Source: Octopus sinensis
Lineage: Eukaryota
Direction of reading: 5' to 3'
NCBI RefSeq assembly: GCF_006345805.1
Contig: NW_021829197.1
Coordinates: 1-6,850, forward strand
Length of the DNA stretch: 6,850 nucleotides
Below are positions 5,546 through 6,850 of this stretch, piece after piece. Within the stretch, counting starts at the first letter, position 1, and each line of letters begins with the position of its first letter. A model generated the notes under the pieces. It did no database searches. It worked only from the letters and a program-made list of their open reading frames with translations, and had not been told where the DNA came from. Made by a program: the position numbers and the translations under genes.

Positions 5546-6235
5546 AGTATGGAATGACCAACAAATTGTGGACGCAGCGACGCGCTGTTATCACGCATGT
5601 CCGAATGTTTCCACTTCGCAGAGTATGTGCTAAATTATTTGAGTACACGTTAACTTGTTCGTACTTTTTGGAGACGTGGAGTCTGTGTCATTCTGTTGAG
5701 GCCAAACCGAGTTTGAAATGCATCCTAAGGTAATCCAAGCCTCAAAACAAATTTCAGATTATCACTTTGTACTCCAATCATAAAATTCAAACCGTTGTAA
5801 AGTTTTGATATTAGCTTCCTTTCTTATTTAAATTTGCTAACAGTTAACGGTGTTAACAATAATTATATGGCTCTCTCCTCTCTCAATTGAGGGACTTCTA
5901 ACGCTTTATGAAAAACACACATCCATACTTTAATGGTTGTCTTCCAGGCTATAGTTATTTTCCGTCTATAACCAATGTCTTATTTCATAAAATGTCTTAT
6001 TTATCTATCTCAGGTAATGTTATGCTGGTGATTTCTAAAAAGGATAAAATGGAGTTATACGTGATTATCCCTGACTAGAAATCCTAAGAACTTCGTCACA
6101 GAGAAGCAAAAGTAAAACATTAAATATGCACCTTATATCCATCATTATTCCTTAACTTCAAATTCAAAACTCTAATCTAGCCAAATATTATAATTGATTA
6201 TCTCCCTTGTATTAACTGTCTGCGAGAGGGCTCCA

Positions 6236-6389
6236 CATACATACATACATACATACATACATACATACATACATACATACATACATACATACATACATAC
6301 ATACGTATATATATGTATAAATATATGTGAGGGCGTGTTTGTGTTTTTATGCGTATATATAGATATGTATATGCATGTGTCTGTCTCTG

Positions 6390-6422
<33 letters not shown>

Positions 6423-6430
6423 CTTACGCA
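6236..6430. repeat. (CATA)17 followed by degenerate (TA)/(GT)n
   Basis: Perfect (CATA)17 at 6236-6303; (TA)n at ~6398-6422. Confidence 0.95.
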
Positions 6431-6737
6431 TACACCCAAACACAAGCATGAAGAAGCATACAATGTATGTGAAAATATTAGAACACACACTTATTTTTGT
6501 GTTCTATGTGTGTGCAATATGTGTATGTGCATGTGTGGGTATGCTTATACACCCGTTGCATATCCGACTGTATGAATTCGTAATTTGGTAAATCTGTATG
6601 CTTAAGAATATATGTATGTTTACATGTACGTTAGAACTTGAATTTGCATTCCTATACAATCAAATACTGTCAACTCACGTGGACAAATAATTCATATCAA
6701 GTGAGTATCCAGTTTATATACATATGATATTATATAC

Positions 6738-6850
6738 ATCTATCTATCTATCTATCTATCTACCTATCTATCTATCTATCTATCTCTCTATCTATCTATA
6801 TCTATCTATCTATATCTATCTATCTATCTAGCTATCTATCTATCTATCTA
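6738..6850. repeat. (TATC)n (GATA-type) microsatellite running off the window end
   Basis: Directly visible, with a few variant units. Confidence 0.95.

Noticed and set aside
5948-6013. 66-nt candidate exon (TTCCAG|...CAG|GTAATG) with one open frame
   Set aside because: The peptide (YSYFPSITNVLFHKMSYLSIS) is unrecognisable, composition matches the AT-rich background, and such signals are common by chance.
1025-6591. The many 60-150 aa ORFs reading MYVCMYV, HTYIHTY, YIYIYI or HTHTHT
   Set aside because: They are translations of (TATG)n, (CATA)n, (TA)n and (CA)n, which lack stop codons in these frames; there is no domain content.
1-6850. CRISPR array, rRNA or prokaryotic operon-type system
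   Set aside because: No repeat-spacer array, no rRNA-like sequence and no gene-dense organisation; the window is eukaryotic repeat-rich DNA.

Overview
AT-rich, microsatellite-saturated eukaryotic non-coding DNA (intron or intergenic). The SINE families and the (TATG)n/(CA)n/(TA)n/(TATC)n load look like an octopod genome, probably Octopus sp.; this is inferred from remembered repeat consensuses, not from a search. No intact protein-coding gene is supported, and most ORFs in the track are translated microsatellites. Supported content: three tRNA-derived SINEs (255-467 -, 3247-3724 +, 5242-5545 +); two short tRNA-like Pol III heads (1904-2018 -, 4838-4933 +); the 5'-truncated 3' end of a probable R4/Dong-type non-LTR retrotransposon on the - strand (2385-3055), with a long (CATA)n array in its 3' UTR; a ~229-bp palindrome with ~103-bp arms (2051-2279); and a G/CpG-rich patch with a (GGC)n run (~3730-4140). 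I did not find a convincing new biological system. The best leads are the long palindrome, the microsatellite-associated retrotransposon and a stem module shared by two different SINEs.
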